DNA of 56,510 nucleotides from a virus (Duplodnaviria; Caudoviricetes): IMG/VR virus record IMGVR_UViG_3300042549_004468, positions 1 to 56,510 of that record; one strand, 5' to 3'. Shown piece by piece: positions 47,991 to 56,510 of this stretch (position 1 is its first letter; each line of letters starts with the position of its first letter). The notes under the pieces were generated by a model. It saw only the letters and a program-made list of their open reading frames with translations, ran no database searches and was not told where the DNA came from. The position numbers and the translations under genes were made by a program.

Positions 47991-49868
47991 TTAGTATGCT
48001 AATCCATGGGGAACTATTACTCGAGGTGCTTCATTTTGCACTAAGGTTGTAGCTGTGTAATAATCGGTTATTGCACTATCTGTTGTTAAGATTGGAATTA
48101 AGCTTAGATTCAAGCCTGTTGCCATTCCACGTGGATTATTTGCAAGCTTAAGAAAGTCTTTAAGTTGCTTACCTGCATTGTAATTCTCTCTGCGTAGGTA
48201 CTCTACAACATTGCCTTCTGTAGTCCATGCGTTTTTTTTAGAAGCCTCTTGAAATCTTGAAAACTCAAACACTTCATCTGATTGATCAAGAGCTTCGTTC
48301 CAATTAAAATCATACATTCGAGGATCCGTAGTTTGAAAGTTTATAGCGATTCTAATTTTAGATGTTTTATCGTTTATTTTAGATAAGACAAGTCTATTAA
48401 ATTCCACATACTGTCCATAAGTAAATCTTTCATACTTATCTGGATACATGTCTTCAGCTGCAAATAGAATAGCATCCACTCCTGTTCCTAGTGATCCTGA
48501 AATACTGTTTAGGGGGTCAGTGAAATAGTTTAGTGCAGTTTCTTCATTAGAGCTTAACGGACCTATTCCACTATAGTATTGTCTACCCACATACTGATTA
48601 TATCTCTTAGTCCATGGATCTACTAATTTAATAGTATTTGTGCTTATAGTTGTAGTATTATCAGTGTTTAATATGGTGCTAGGTACTCTTGAATTACCAT
48701 CAAATTCTTCAATAGTAATATAGGTTTGTTCATAGATATCGTTTGGGATTCCTGCATAGACAAAATTTTCAGGACTTATTCTTGGCCTTTCCATGAAGTA
48801 ACTCTTGTTGCTGGTATAGGATCTGCCGTGTATTTGATCTATTGTTGGGATATATCCAGACAAAGCACTTCCTATATAGCAGCTAAAAAAAGCACGTACT
48901 CCACTTACTCCATACACACCACCTCTTATAAAGTTTTGTATATCTGTAACGTCTATATCTTGGTAAGCTCTTACTAAAAAGGTACCTCCTTTAGTATCAA
49001 ATTTATAACGAGTTCTTGTGAAGAAGGCTGGTTTTGGGTTACTTACAAAGTCCTTTACGTAGTCTATGCCTTTTACTATTCCTGGACTGATCTGATATGG
49101 TCTTGGATTCATCATATCAGCTGTGTAGCCAAAAATATCTACATTATTTGGTTTTAGAAACTCTTGAGATTTTGTTGTACTAAAGGCGTCTGTAGCAAAA
49201 TCCGTACTTGTTGATTGCCATTCGCTTGTTGACTGCTCACCATTAGGATTTCTAATAAGATTTGTAAAAAAGTAATCGTCAATGTTAGGATCGTATACCT
49301 CAATAGTTAATGTTTCGCTAACGGTTGTTCCTATATCATTAGTAATCTCGCAAGTGTAATCTCCTGCTAGTAGTGGTTGTATGTTTGTTATTGTTGCAGT
49401 GTTGTTTGACACTTCAACTTTCATATCTAAAGAATCCATACCAGAAGTTTGCAGTGGTGAATTATCTTTAAACCATGCATAAGTTAGACCGGTATTTGGT
49501 GATATTACTTCTGGTACACCGTTTTGAATGTTTAGTGTGCTAGGTTGTGATGCTTCAACTTTTAAAGCAAAACTAGCTCCTATTACAACTTTTACAGTTC
49601 CATCAGAGTTTCTATATAAGATGGTACTTCCTGTATCTTGTGTTGATGGATCTCTATATTTGGGAGGATATGCTTGTATTGCTGGTATTGATCCTTCCAC
49701 CATTGATTTAATGATTATGGGTGGTTGATTGACTACTACCGGTAGTAAACTATAATTTGTTTGGTTTTCGTTTATTGTAGATGTTGGGTAGGTGGTAATG
49801 CTTCCAGTAGTTGTTGCTGAAACATTATCATTAAGGTCTCCTACTAATGTGCCATCTGCATATCTCAT
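47991..49868 (-). CDS. Ig-like + FBA-like domain protein (paralog of 45006..47975)
   Basis: YAWFKDN...AGDYTCEITNDIG; NLIRNPNGEQSTSEW; AYQDIDV. Confidence 0.65.
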   Translation of the reverse strand: MRYADGTLVGDLNDNVSATTTGSITTYPTSTINENQTNYSLLPVVVNQPPIIIKSMVEGSIPAIQAYPPKYRDPSTQDTGSTILYRNSDGTVKVVIGASFALKVEASQPSTLNIQNGVPEVISPNTGLTYAWFKDNSPLQTSGMDSLDMKVEVSNNTATITNIQPLLAGDYTCEITNDIGTTVSETLTIEVYDPNIDDYFFTNLIRNPNGEQSTSEWQSTSTDFATDAFSTTKSQEFLKPNNVDIFGYTADMMNPRPYQISPGIVKGIDYVKDFVSNPKPAFFTRTRYKFDTKGGTFLVRAYQDIDVTDIQNFIRGGVYGVSGVRAFFSCYIGSALSGYIPTIDQIHGRSYTSNKSYFMERPRISPENFVYAGIPNDIYEQTYITIEEFDGNSRVPSTILNTDNTTTISTNTIKLVDPWTKRYNQYVGRQYYSGIGPLSSNEETALNYFTDPLNSISGSLGTGVDAILFAAEDMYPDKYERFTYGQYVEFNRLVLSKINDKTSKIRIAINFQTTDPRMYDFNWNEALDQSDEVFEFSRFQEASKKNAWTTEGNVVEYLRRENYNAGKQLKDFLKLANNPRGMATGLNLSLIPILTTDSAITDYYTATTLVQNEAPRVIVPHGLAY

Positions 49869-50962
49869 TATCCACGAGTAACTTTAAAAATCCACTTATT
49901 ATCATATATCTGATAAGCTGATGCTGAACCTGAATTAGGAACTTTAAATAGTAGCTTATAGTATCTTTCTGGCTGAAAGCTGTCTAAATGCATTTTTATG
50001 TAGTTACTTGTTGCGTCAGCGCTAAGTTTGGTGTAATCGCTAAAATCTATCACTACATCATCACTTTGAGCACTATACACAGCATATTGTGTTTCTGCAG
50101 GTAATCTATATCTTGTCAAATATCCAGATGCTGTTTCAAAAGTATCTACTGGAAATTTGTATCTTGCTGATATTCTTATTACAGGAGTTGATGTTTCTGT
50201 GTATGTGTGTTTTAAGTTGACTGGTATAATGTTGATTTCTTCGTCTGGGTTTATAAGAGATAAAGATCCAGTTGTTATACTGTCATCAAACCTTGCTTCT
50301 AGTACTGGTAGATAAACCGTATGAGTATCTTTACTAAAGAATTTTAAACTATTAAATATGTTTGCTGATGATTCGTCTGTTAAGCTCTTTTTTAATATGA
50401 ATCCTTTAAAGTCTATTGAACCTGATTGTACTTGTCTAATAATGCTAGTCACATCCATGTCAATATCTGACGTAGTGTAACTAAACGATTGAGATGCTAC
50501 ACTTCCTGTGTACCATGTACCACCACCAGGTGTTGTTACCCAAGATGCTGTTGCATTTACTCCAAAAGATGCTGTTTGCCAAGCACTTGTTAAATCGTCT
50601 GCTGTGGTCTTGTATGTCCAACTAGCTCCAGTAGTTGTTTCTGGATAGTTACCGTATCTTCCAACACCCATACTCCAACTACTACTTACTGGATAGCAGT
50701 ATAGGGTATAGTCAGAAGGGATTTCATTTGCCTCAGCTACATACAATTTTAAACTATAAGAGAAAAGTTTGGCATTATATCCTAAGGATGATATGCTTTG
50801 CGAAATTGCTGTGTAGTCAAAATCAAGTAGTGTTCTTGAATTGTAGCTGCCAGTACCAACTATAGTTTTGCTGATCTCTAGTATAGCGTCTAAACCAGTA
50901 TTCTTTTGAGGATACTGCTCATATATTGTTGTGTCCTTGGTTGGATAAAATCTTAATATCAT
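49868..50962 (-). CDS. DNRLRE-like (carbohydrate-binding-type) virion protein
   Basis: PTKDTTIYEQYPQKNTG...SRTLLDFD...LKLY...W...DVTSII...GFILK...F.S pattern. Confidence 0.55.
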   Translation of the reverse strand: MILRFYPTKDTTIYEQYPQKNTGLDAILEISKTIVGTGSYNSRTLLDFDYTAISQSISSLGYNAKLFSYSLKLYVAEANEIPSDYTLYCYPVSSSWSMGVGRYGNYPETTTGASWTYKTTADDLTSAWQTASFGVNATASWVTTPGGGTWYTGSVASQSFSYTTSDIDMDVTSIIRQVQSGSIDFKGFILKKSLTDESSANIFNSLKFFSKDTHTVYLPVLEARFDDSITTGSLSLINPDEEINIIPVNLKHTYTETSTPVIRISARYKFPVDTFETASGYLTRYRLPAETQYAVYSAQSDDVVIDFSDYTKLSADATSNYIKMHLDSFQPERYYKLLFKVPNSGSASAYQIYDNKWIFKVTRG

Positions 50963-50964
50963 AA

Positions 50965-52857
50965 TTAAAATGTTGCTATACGTCCTTTAATATCGTTATT
51001 AGGGTACTTCACTTCAAATATAGCTGGATCTAAACTCGGATATACGATACCATTTCTAGTCGCTTCATTTATTGCATAGCTTACATTGCTGTAGCCTGCT
51101 ACCTCATCATTGAGATTTTTGATCTTTATTGTAGTTACAGTTTGTACACCTCGAACTCCTAATAAAGTGTTAAATAAATCGCTAAAGATAATTGGTTGAT
51201 TAATTTGCCATCTATCAATTTCAAACATATGTTTTAATGCTTCAATGCAGCCTAAAATAACTTCGTTTGCATTAAATTGTGGTAAAGGTACTACCTCAAA
51301 ATCAATACCTATATTAATAATATATGCATTTCTAAAGTTAATACTGTCTGTCAACATTCTATACTGACTTAAATACGTCTTTAGATTCTCTTTAACAGCT
51401 CTATTAACTGTAGTAAGATTCTTGCTGTTATTGTATCCAAGCATGTACATATTCATTGCTAATGGATTTGCTATGACATCTCCTACTTCAGAAGTTCCTA
51501 TGTTGTTTTGTTCGTCAGGTGTGATATACACTTTTGCAACACTTCCATATACATTTGGCATTGCATATGCCCTAATGATGTAATCCTCTTTAGTAACAGC
51601 TCTGTTTTGACTTGTTAGTTGTGCAAGAGCTCTTTGTCTAATCTCATCTACCGATTCAGCACTACGACCACCACTTGCTGCAATTGGATTATTTATTGCA
51701 ACTGAGTTTATTATTGTGGCATTTAATCCAGTTGTAGTGCTTGGTAAGTTTGTTGAGGTTGTGTTAATTGAGGTGATTTCTGTAATGGTATTACTTGGTA
51801 CATTTGCACTTACGCCACCACCTATTAAGTAGGTTATTGTAAGTGTTGTATTAGATGGCGAAATACCATAAGAGGTTGTAAATACTGGTGCAGCAGGATC
51901 TATTGAGGCATCTATATCATCCTTACCTGTTGGTAAAGATAAACCTATATTCTCTGGAGTTGCTAACAACTCTTCGTCTGGAGATGAACTTACACCAGCA
52001 CCAAATTGAATTTCAATGCCTGTAGGGGTTGTACGTGTTACAAATCGTCTTGGAACACGTTTTAATTTTAATAAGTATGGAGTTTCTTGACTAGATGTTG
52101 CTGCATCTGGGTCATTGTAGGATGTGTTTTCAACTTTTTCAAAAATAGTATCTTGTGCTAAATAAGGAACCTCATACCATATATTATCATTTGAATCCAC
52201 TATTGAATCGATACCAATTATACTAGGGTCTTCTACAATTGTTTTAAAAAACTTAGTAGGGCTAGTTACGGTTACGGTTGTTGTTTGTGGTGTTGCTGAT
52301 ATTGCTTGAACTGTTTTTTTAGCTAAAAAGTAGTTTGGAGCTCCATTTGCATCAATACTATATACACTTATTGTGGTAGGATCAAAAACATTATTGACAG
52401 TAAAGTCAATACTATTCTGTGCTATAAATTCTATACCTCCTGCTGCACTTCTTGCGCGCATTCCAGATTCAATCTTAATTGCATAGTTCAGATCAGGCAC
52501 AACATTAGCGCCACTTCCAGATGCAGGCATTAGTTGATACACATCTATATCTACAATTGCTGGTACACTTAGTTTTGGTTTATATCCCATTGCAGCTGCT
52601 ATTGACATAAGGCTCTCTGTTTCAGTAGCATGCAATAACAATGACTCTTTAAACTGGGAATCTATGTAATAGTTCAACACATCACCTACATAAGCAGCCA
52701 TCTCAACAAACATCATTCCTGGTGATGTCTCGTTAAAATCATTGTAAGTAGTTGGGTAGTATGTTTTAGTAAAATCAATTAGACCCTGTTTTAAAGAGTC
52801 AAAATCTCTACCTAAATATTTAATATCCTTCGATGTATTTTTTTGTGTGTTGGCCAT
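50965..52857 (-). CDS. Baseplate wedge protein, T4 gp6 / baseplate J-like
   Basis: RDFDSLK, AYVGDVLNYYID, GYKP, GGRSAESVDEIR, QNRAVTKEDY. Confidence 0.9.
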   Translation of the reverse strand: MANTQKNTSKDIKYLGRDFDSLKQGLIDFTKTYYPTTYNDFNETSPGMMFVEMAAYVGDVLNYYIDSQFKESLLLHATETESLMSIAAAMGYKPKLSVPAIVDIDVYQLMPASGSGANVVPDLNYAIKIESGMRARSAAGGIEFIAQNSIDFTVNNVFDPTTISVYSIDANGAPNYFLAKKTVQAISATPQTTTVTVTSPTKFFKTIVEDPSIIGIDSIVDSNDNIWYEVPYLAQDTIFEKVENTSYNDPDAATSSQETPYLLKLKRVPRRFVTRTTPTGIEIQFGAGVSSSPDEELLATPENIGLSLPTGKDDIDASIDPAAPVFTTSYGISPSNTTLTITYLIGGGVSANVPSNTITEITSINTTSTNLPSTTTGLNATIINSVAINNPIAASGGRSAESVDEIRQRALAQLTSQNRAVTKEDYIIRAYAMPNVYGSVAKVYITPDEQNNIGTSEVGDVIANPLAMNMYMLGYNNSKNLTTVNRAVKENLKTYLSQYRMLTDSINFRNAYIINIGIDFEVVPLPQFNANEVILGCIEALKHMFEIDRWQINQPIIFSDLFNTLLGVRGVQTVTTIKIKNLNDEVAGYSNVSYAINEATRNGIVYPSLDPAIFEVKYPNNDIKGRIATF

Positions 52858-52858
52858 A

Positions 52859-53287
52859 CTATGTGTTCGAATTATTTAGAATCTCCAGCTGAATAGATCT
52901 TGTATCAGTCGCATTACCACTTAAACTTATTGTCATTTTAAGGTTTATGCGATTTTGATCCTCGTTAGGTGTAACTAATAACTCATTAATAAATATGTAC
53001 GGAAGCCAATAGTTGAAGTTACTTCTTATATTTGATTCTATAGAAGTAACCAAATCCTCTGTAATATTCTCAAATAATATGTTACTTAGATCACAACCTA
53101 AATTTGGTTGCATTATTCGTTCACCTTTATTTGTTAATAATAAATTTCTAGCATTAGCTAGTGCCTGATCTATAGAAAAATAAGTTTGCTGAAATAAACC
53201 ACCCACACTAGCCATCATAGGTAGATCAATGCCTATCGCTGTACTTAGTTCAAAGTCAATTGGGTTTATTTTAATTTCAACTGCCAT
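52859..53287 (-). CDS. Baseplate sheath initiator, T4 gp25 / gpW-like
   Basis: NLLLTNKGERIMQPNLG..L..ILFE...WLPYI. Confidence 0.9.
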   Translation of the reverse strand: MAVEIKINPIDFELSTAIGIDLPMMASVGGLFQQTYFSIDQALANARNLLLTNKGERIMQPNLGCDLSNILFENITEDLVTSIESNIRSNFNYWLPYIFINELLVTPNEDQNRINLKMTISLSGNATDTRSIQLEILNNSNT

Positions 53288-53709
53288 TAAGATCTGTAGT
53301 TGTTACTTGCTATTTGCTCAGCTGTTTTTAATACTTGAGAATAATCTTTTACAAATATTGCTGTTGGATCATTACTTATTGCAGCTCTCATACTACTGTT
53401 ACCTGCAAAGGATGGTACATCGTCTGATGTCATCATGCCCATATTCATTTCTGGCCATTCTTCTTCTTGAGGAGCTTGTTGCATGCTTCGAGCTGTTTCT
53501 TCTAGTATGGACTTTAATGGTCCATCAAACTGCACTAGTGGTTGAGTTCTTTGTGGTCTTGCAGTTGGTGTTGTTGGTTTTTTTGTAACAGTTGGTTGTT
53601 GTTTTTCCATAAGTAAAGGTTTTAAAGCCTTTAACTCCTCTTTCACGACAGTTCTTACTTCTTCACGAATTACTTTTCGCATTAGATTTATAAATTCTGA
53701 TCCTTTCAT
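53287..53709 (-). CDS. Hypothetical protein
   Basis: MRKVIREEVRTVVKEE leader, LEETA, KDYSQVLK. Confidence 0.6.
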   Translation of the reverse strand: MKGSEFINLMRKVIREEVRTVVKEELKALKPLLMEKQQPTVTKKPTTPTARPQRTQPLVQFDGPLKSILEETARSMQQAPQEEEWPEMNMGMMTSDDVPSFAGNSSMRAAISNDPTAIFVKDYSQVLKTAEQIASNNYRS

Positions 53710-53721
53710 GTTTGTTTTATA

Positions 53722-53729
53722 TATAAATA
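53722..53729 (-). promoter_or_regulatory. Putative late promoter TATTTATA
   Basis: 12 nt upstream of ATG at 53709. Confidence 0.7.
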
Positions 53730-53738
53730 GTTAGTGTT

Positions 53739-56510
53739 TTAAATGTAGCCATTAAATGGTAGTGGTGGAATCAAAGTATTTAGAGGTGGTGTAACTAATC
53801 CAAACATACGTTGAAGCTGTCCTTCAAAACTACGTGCCATCTCTCTTATCATTCCTGAAGCTCCATCTGCAATTGTAGCTTTTATTCTTCTAAACGAGCC
53901 TATGTTTATTACTGTATGTGAGCTTCCAGTAGGTCCTACCCAAGTTGCTCCTGTCCAAAAAGCTCGTGCAGCTAAACCAAGCATGATACTCATTGCAATA
54001 GCATCTGGATTTACTTCATTTTCTGTTATTTTTTTTAGATCCTTCTTAGCTTGCTCCTGCTTGTCTTTTGTCCGTTTGTTTAATTTTATAGTTATGTCTT
54101 CTGCTACTTTTTGTATCTTTTTATTGAGAAATTTTGCAAAAGCTTGTAACTGTTCTTTGAGGTATTTGAATGCTAATAGTATAAATGATTGATTTTTATC
54201 TAAGCTATCACTCACCTTATCTAACATTCCTTTTACTTTTATGTTCTTTATGTGTTTAGTATCACATAAAAGCCTAACAACCTCTCTGCTTTTGAGCAGG
54301 TATTTTCTTTCTAAGCCAATTATGGTGTTTGCTGCTGATACATCTTGCAATACAGATCCTCCTAAGCTTTGTGCTGTATCTCGTACTTGTGTTGGGTTAT
54401 TAGGTGGATTCTTTGATATATCTAGTATGATTTTTAAAGTCTGCAAGCCTGGTGCACTCTTCGGTGTATTGTTTATAATCTGCTGTAGCTCTGCTGTGAA
54501 GTTTGTGTTTTTCATTTCTTTTGCAGTCTCAACTATACCATAAATTAGCATTTCAATAATCTTTAAAGCTTCGAAATCCTCTCTTAGCTTTTCTTTTTCT
54601 TTGTCTAGCTGAACTTGCACTACTCGTGGTTGATCTTCCTTTTTAAAAGAATAATAACCATTCACAATCTTATTGATAGATAATTCATTCTCTGCAAATC
54701 TGTAAACTCCTTTGTTTAGGTTTTTAGTGAGGTCTGCTGCTCCTGTTGACATATTATACACATATTTAGTGAGCTTTGCTATCTTTTCTATTTGTGTTTT
54801 TTTATCTTGTAGCTTTTTCTTTTTAGACTCTGCTATGAGTTTTTTATTTTTCACATCCTCTACATCACTTTTAAGTGGTATTAGGGTTAATGCAAAAATC
54901 TCTAGGTCGTTTTTAAACTTTTCAACCTTTGTTTTTAAAAAAACCGTTAACTCTTCAATTTTCTTAGTAAGCCAGATTTGTAGTTTTTGAAGCTTAATAG
55001 CTAATTTATCTAGGGAATATTTTAATACCGTCAGAAAAGAGGATTTTATGTCTTGAGTAGGGGCTGTCGTACTATTAGGAATATCCTTGCTTAACTCATC
55101 TATATCTTTTATGGTATTAGATAGGTTACTTAGCTCCTCCTCTATAGATTGCATTTCTAAAAGGTATGTTTTTATTTTTGCATTGTTTCTTTCAAAAAAT
55201 ACTTTAAAGGTTTGAAAGCTGCATTTAGTCTGTATTACTACTGAAGCCATTTGATTTGCAAATTGATCAAGTTTTAAAAAGCTTGCATACTCTCTTACCT
55301 TAGTGACCTCAACTTGTGTATCTAAAGCTTCCCTGTAAGTTGATCCAACTTGCTGTATGTTTTTCTGTTGATCTGCAATTTCCTGCTGTATTGCTTTAAA
55401 TTGTTTTGAGAACTCAGTTGCTAAGTTTGTTGTTTTCCCTACTAGTACTACTACAGACTTGGATGCTTCTTTATAAAGCTTTATTTTTTTCTTTAGCTTC
55501 TTTGCTTTTGCTTCGTTTTCTTTTCTAAACTTGTCTATATTAGATTTGGCTTTTTTAAAAATTAAATCGGCTTTACCTTCTTTTCTTTTTGAACTATGTT
55601 CAGCTATTCTTTTTTGCAAAGTCTCGCGGAGAGCTACTAATCGAGTTTGAAGATTGTCTTGAATGTCTTTGATAAGAATTTTCTTTTTTACCTCTAGCTT
55701 AAGTAGCTGTGGTTTTAGTAGGGTTTGAAGAAAGGTAAATCTATTAACTTTTTCGTAAAGCACTTTTATCTTAGGACGTGCAGGACTCAGTTGTCTTAGA
55801 TAATCCATCATGGAAAGTGGATCTACTAAACCATTCGCTAAAGTTAAAAATTCTTTAGCAATCTCAATCAATCTAGATTGTACATACGTTTTTAAAGCAC
55901 GTTCTGATGTAGTTGCTTGTACAATTGTTTGTGTTCTTTGACCATACTCTGAGACAAATAAAGCTATAGTACGTATGGCATTAACGTCTCGTACATTAAA
56001 ACTTTTTATAGTTCTAATGAGTTGTAATTCTTTTGCAAATATCTGATTAAAGGAATCAGGTCCTACCTCTGCTTGTATAAAGCTCATAGAGGTTTCGATG
56101 TTTTTAACATTAATGAGCTGCTCTTTGAAGACGTCCTTAACAGCTTCTTCTATTTCCTTTAGTAAAGGTGGTAGCTGCTTGAGCTCCTCATTGATAATTC
56201 TTATCTGATCTATTAAGGTTCTAATCTGCTGTTGCTTGTTTTTAATCTTTGAAATGAGTTGTTTGATTGTTTGAATCAATCCATCAATAGAAGCTTTGTT
56301 TAGACTAAACTCTTTAGCGGCAAAGTAGGCATGAATTACTGAGTATAAGACTCTTTCCCTACTTTCAGCCGTATTAAATCCCGATACTCCTATTGTAAAT
56401 GGTGGTGGTGCTGATGGATTTAATCCTGGTGCTGGTAATATTGGTGCAACTCCTTGAGGAAGGCCTGTTTTAATAGTTCTAATATAAGCTTTGGTTATAG
56501 TGTCTGCCCA
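53739..56510 (-). CDS. Long K/Q/L-rich coiled-coil protein, 5' truncated by the window edge
   Basis: Frame stays open from 56279 to the window end (WADTITKAY...PAPGLNPSAPPP...IDGLIQT), so the track's start is internal. Confidence 0.7.
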   Translation of the reverse strand, partial: WADTITKAYIRTIKTGLPQGVAPILPAPGLNPSAPPPFTIGVSGFNTAESRERVLYSVIHAYFAAKEFSLNKASIDGLIQTIKQLISKIKNKQQQIRTLIDQIRIINEELKQLPPLLKEIEEAVKDVFKEQLINVKNIETSMSFIQAEVGPDSFNQIFAKELQLIRTIKSFNVRDVNAIRTIALFVSEYGQRTQTIVQATTSERALKTYVQSRLIEIAKEFLTLANGLVDPLSMMDYLRQLSPARPKIKVLYEKVNRFTFLQTLLKPQLLKLEVKKKILIKDIQDNLQTRLVALRETLQKRIAEHSSKRKEGKADLIFKKAKSNIDKFRKENEAKAKKLKKKIKLYKEASKSVVVLVGKTTNLATEFSKQFKAIQQEIADQQKNIQQVGSTYREALDTQVEVTKVREYASFLKLDQFANQMASVVIQTKCSFQTFKVFFERNNAKIKTYLLEMQSIEEELSNLSNTIKDIDELSKDIPNSTTAPTQDIKSSFLTVLKYSLDKLAIKLQKLQIWLTKKIEELTVFLKTKVEKFKNDLEIFALTLIPLKSDVEDVKNKKLIAESKKKKLQDKKTQIEKIAKLTKYVYNMSTGAADLTKNLNKGVYRFAENELSINKIVNGYYSFKKEDQPRVVQVQLDKEKEKLREDFEALKIIEMLIYGIVETAKEMKNTNFTAELQQIINNTPKSAPGLQTLKIILDISKNPPNNPTQVRDTAQSLGGSVLQDVSAANTIIGLERKYLLKSREVVRLLCDTKHIKNIKVKGMLDKVSDSLDKNQSFILLAFKYLKEQLQAFAKFLNKKIQKVAEDITIKLNKRTKDKQEQAKKDLKKITENEVNPDAIAMSIMLGLAARAFWTGATWVGPTGSSHTVINIGSFRRIKATIADGASGMIREMARSFEGQLQRMFGLVTPPLNTLIPPLPFNGYI

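Noticed and set aside
5058-53729. Reading the + strand TATAAATA sites as canonical T4 late promoters
   Set aside because: They would fire antisense into the 3' ends of upstream genes with no + strand genes to serve; their tight spacing to - strand ATGs favours the opposite orientation.
600-54990. Numerous short + strand ORFs and out-of-frame - strand ORFs in the track
   Set aside because: All lie within long, motif-bearing - strand genes and have no recognisable motifs; treated as shadow ORFs.
1-56510. Stop-codon reassignment, tRNA genes or rRNA
   Set aside because: Standard-code ORFs tile the window densely, and TAA, TAG and TGA all end genes at sensible boundaries; the intergenic gaps show no cloverleaf.
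53739-56510. Tape measure protein call
   Set aside because: Composition is K-rich and lacks typical tape-measure features; the gene is truncated and its upstream context is unavailable.

Overview
AT-rich fragment of a large contractile-tailed (T4-like/'Far-T4'-type) phage genome. Essentially all real genes lie on the - strand, so transcription runs from the window end toward its start. In transcription order: a long coiled-coil protein (truncated); baseplate genes (gp25-like, gp6-like, a DNRLRE-like protein, two Ig + FBA-like paralogs, a large wedge protein, three collar/wedge-type proteins); a DNA-metabolism island (T7 endonuclease I-like resolvase, primase, fused Mre11-Rad50); two structural proteins; an HxGH-nucleotidyltransferase/ligase-like fusion; a cluster of small putative internal head proteins interleaved with holin/spanin candidates; terminase, portal, prohead protease, scaffold, major capsid protein, PhoH and neck/tail-completion proteins; then tail-fibre genes with an HNH endonuclease inserted among them. 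SD-less A-rich leaders and one TTTG-N19-TAnnTT promoter suggest a Bacteroidota host (inference). Most notable: (1) pervasive [S/T]-x-S tripeptides confined to virion proteins, a candidate glycosylation sequon; (2) a coding-strand TATTTATA motif, the reverse complement of the T4 late promoter, upstream of 13 late genes plus one variant copy, three of them only 4 nt from the ATG; (3) a probable capsid-packaged, protease-cleaved two-enzyme polyprotein; (4) a multi-stem RNA leader apparently taken over by an HNH gene whose N-terminus mirrors the tail fibre's. All calls come from reading motifs by eye; no searches were run.
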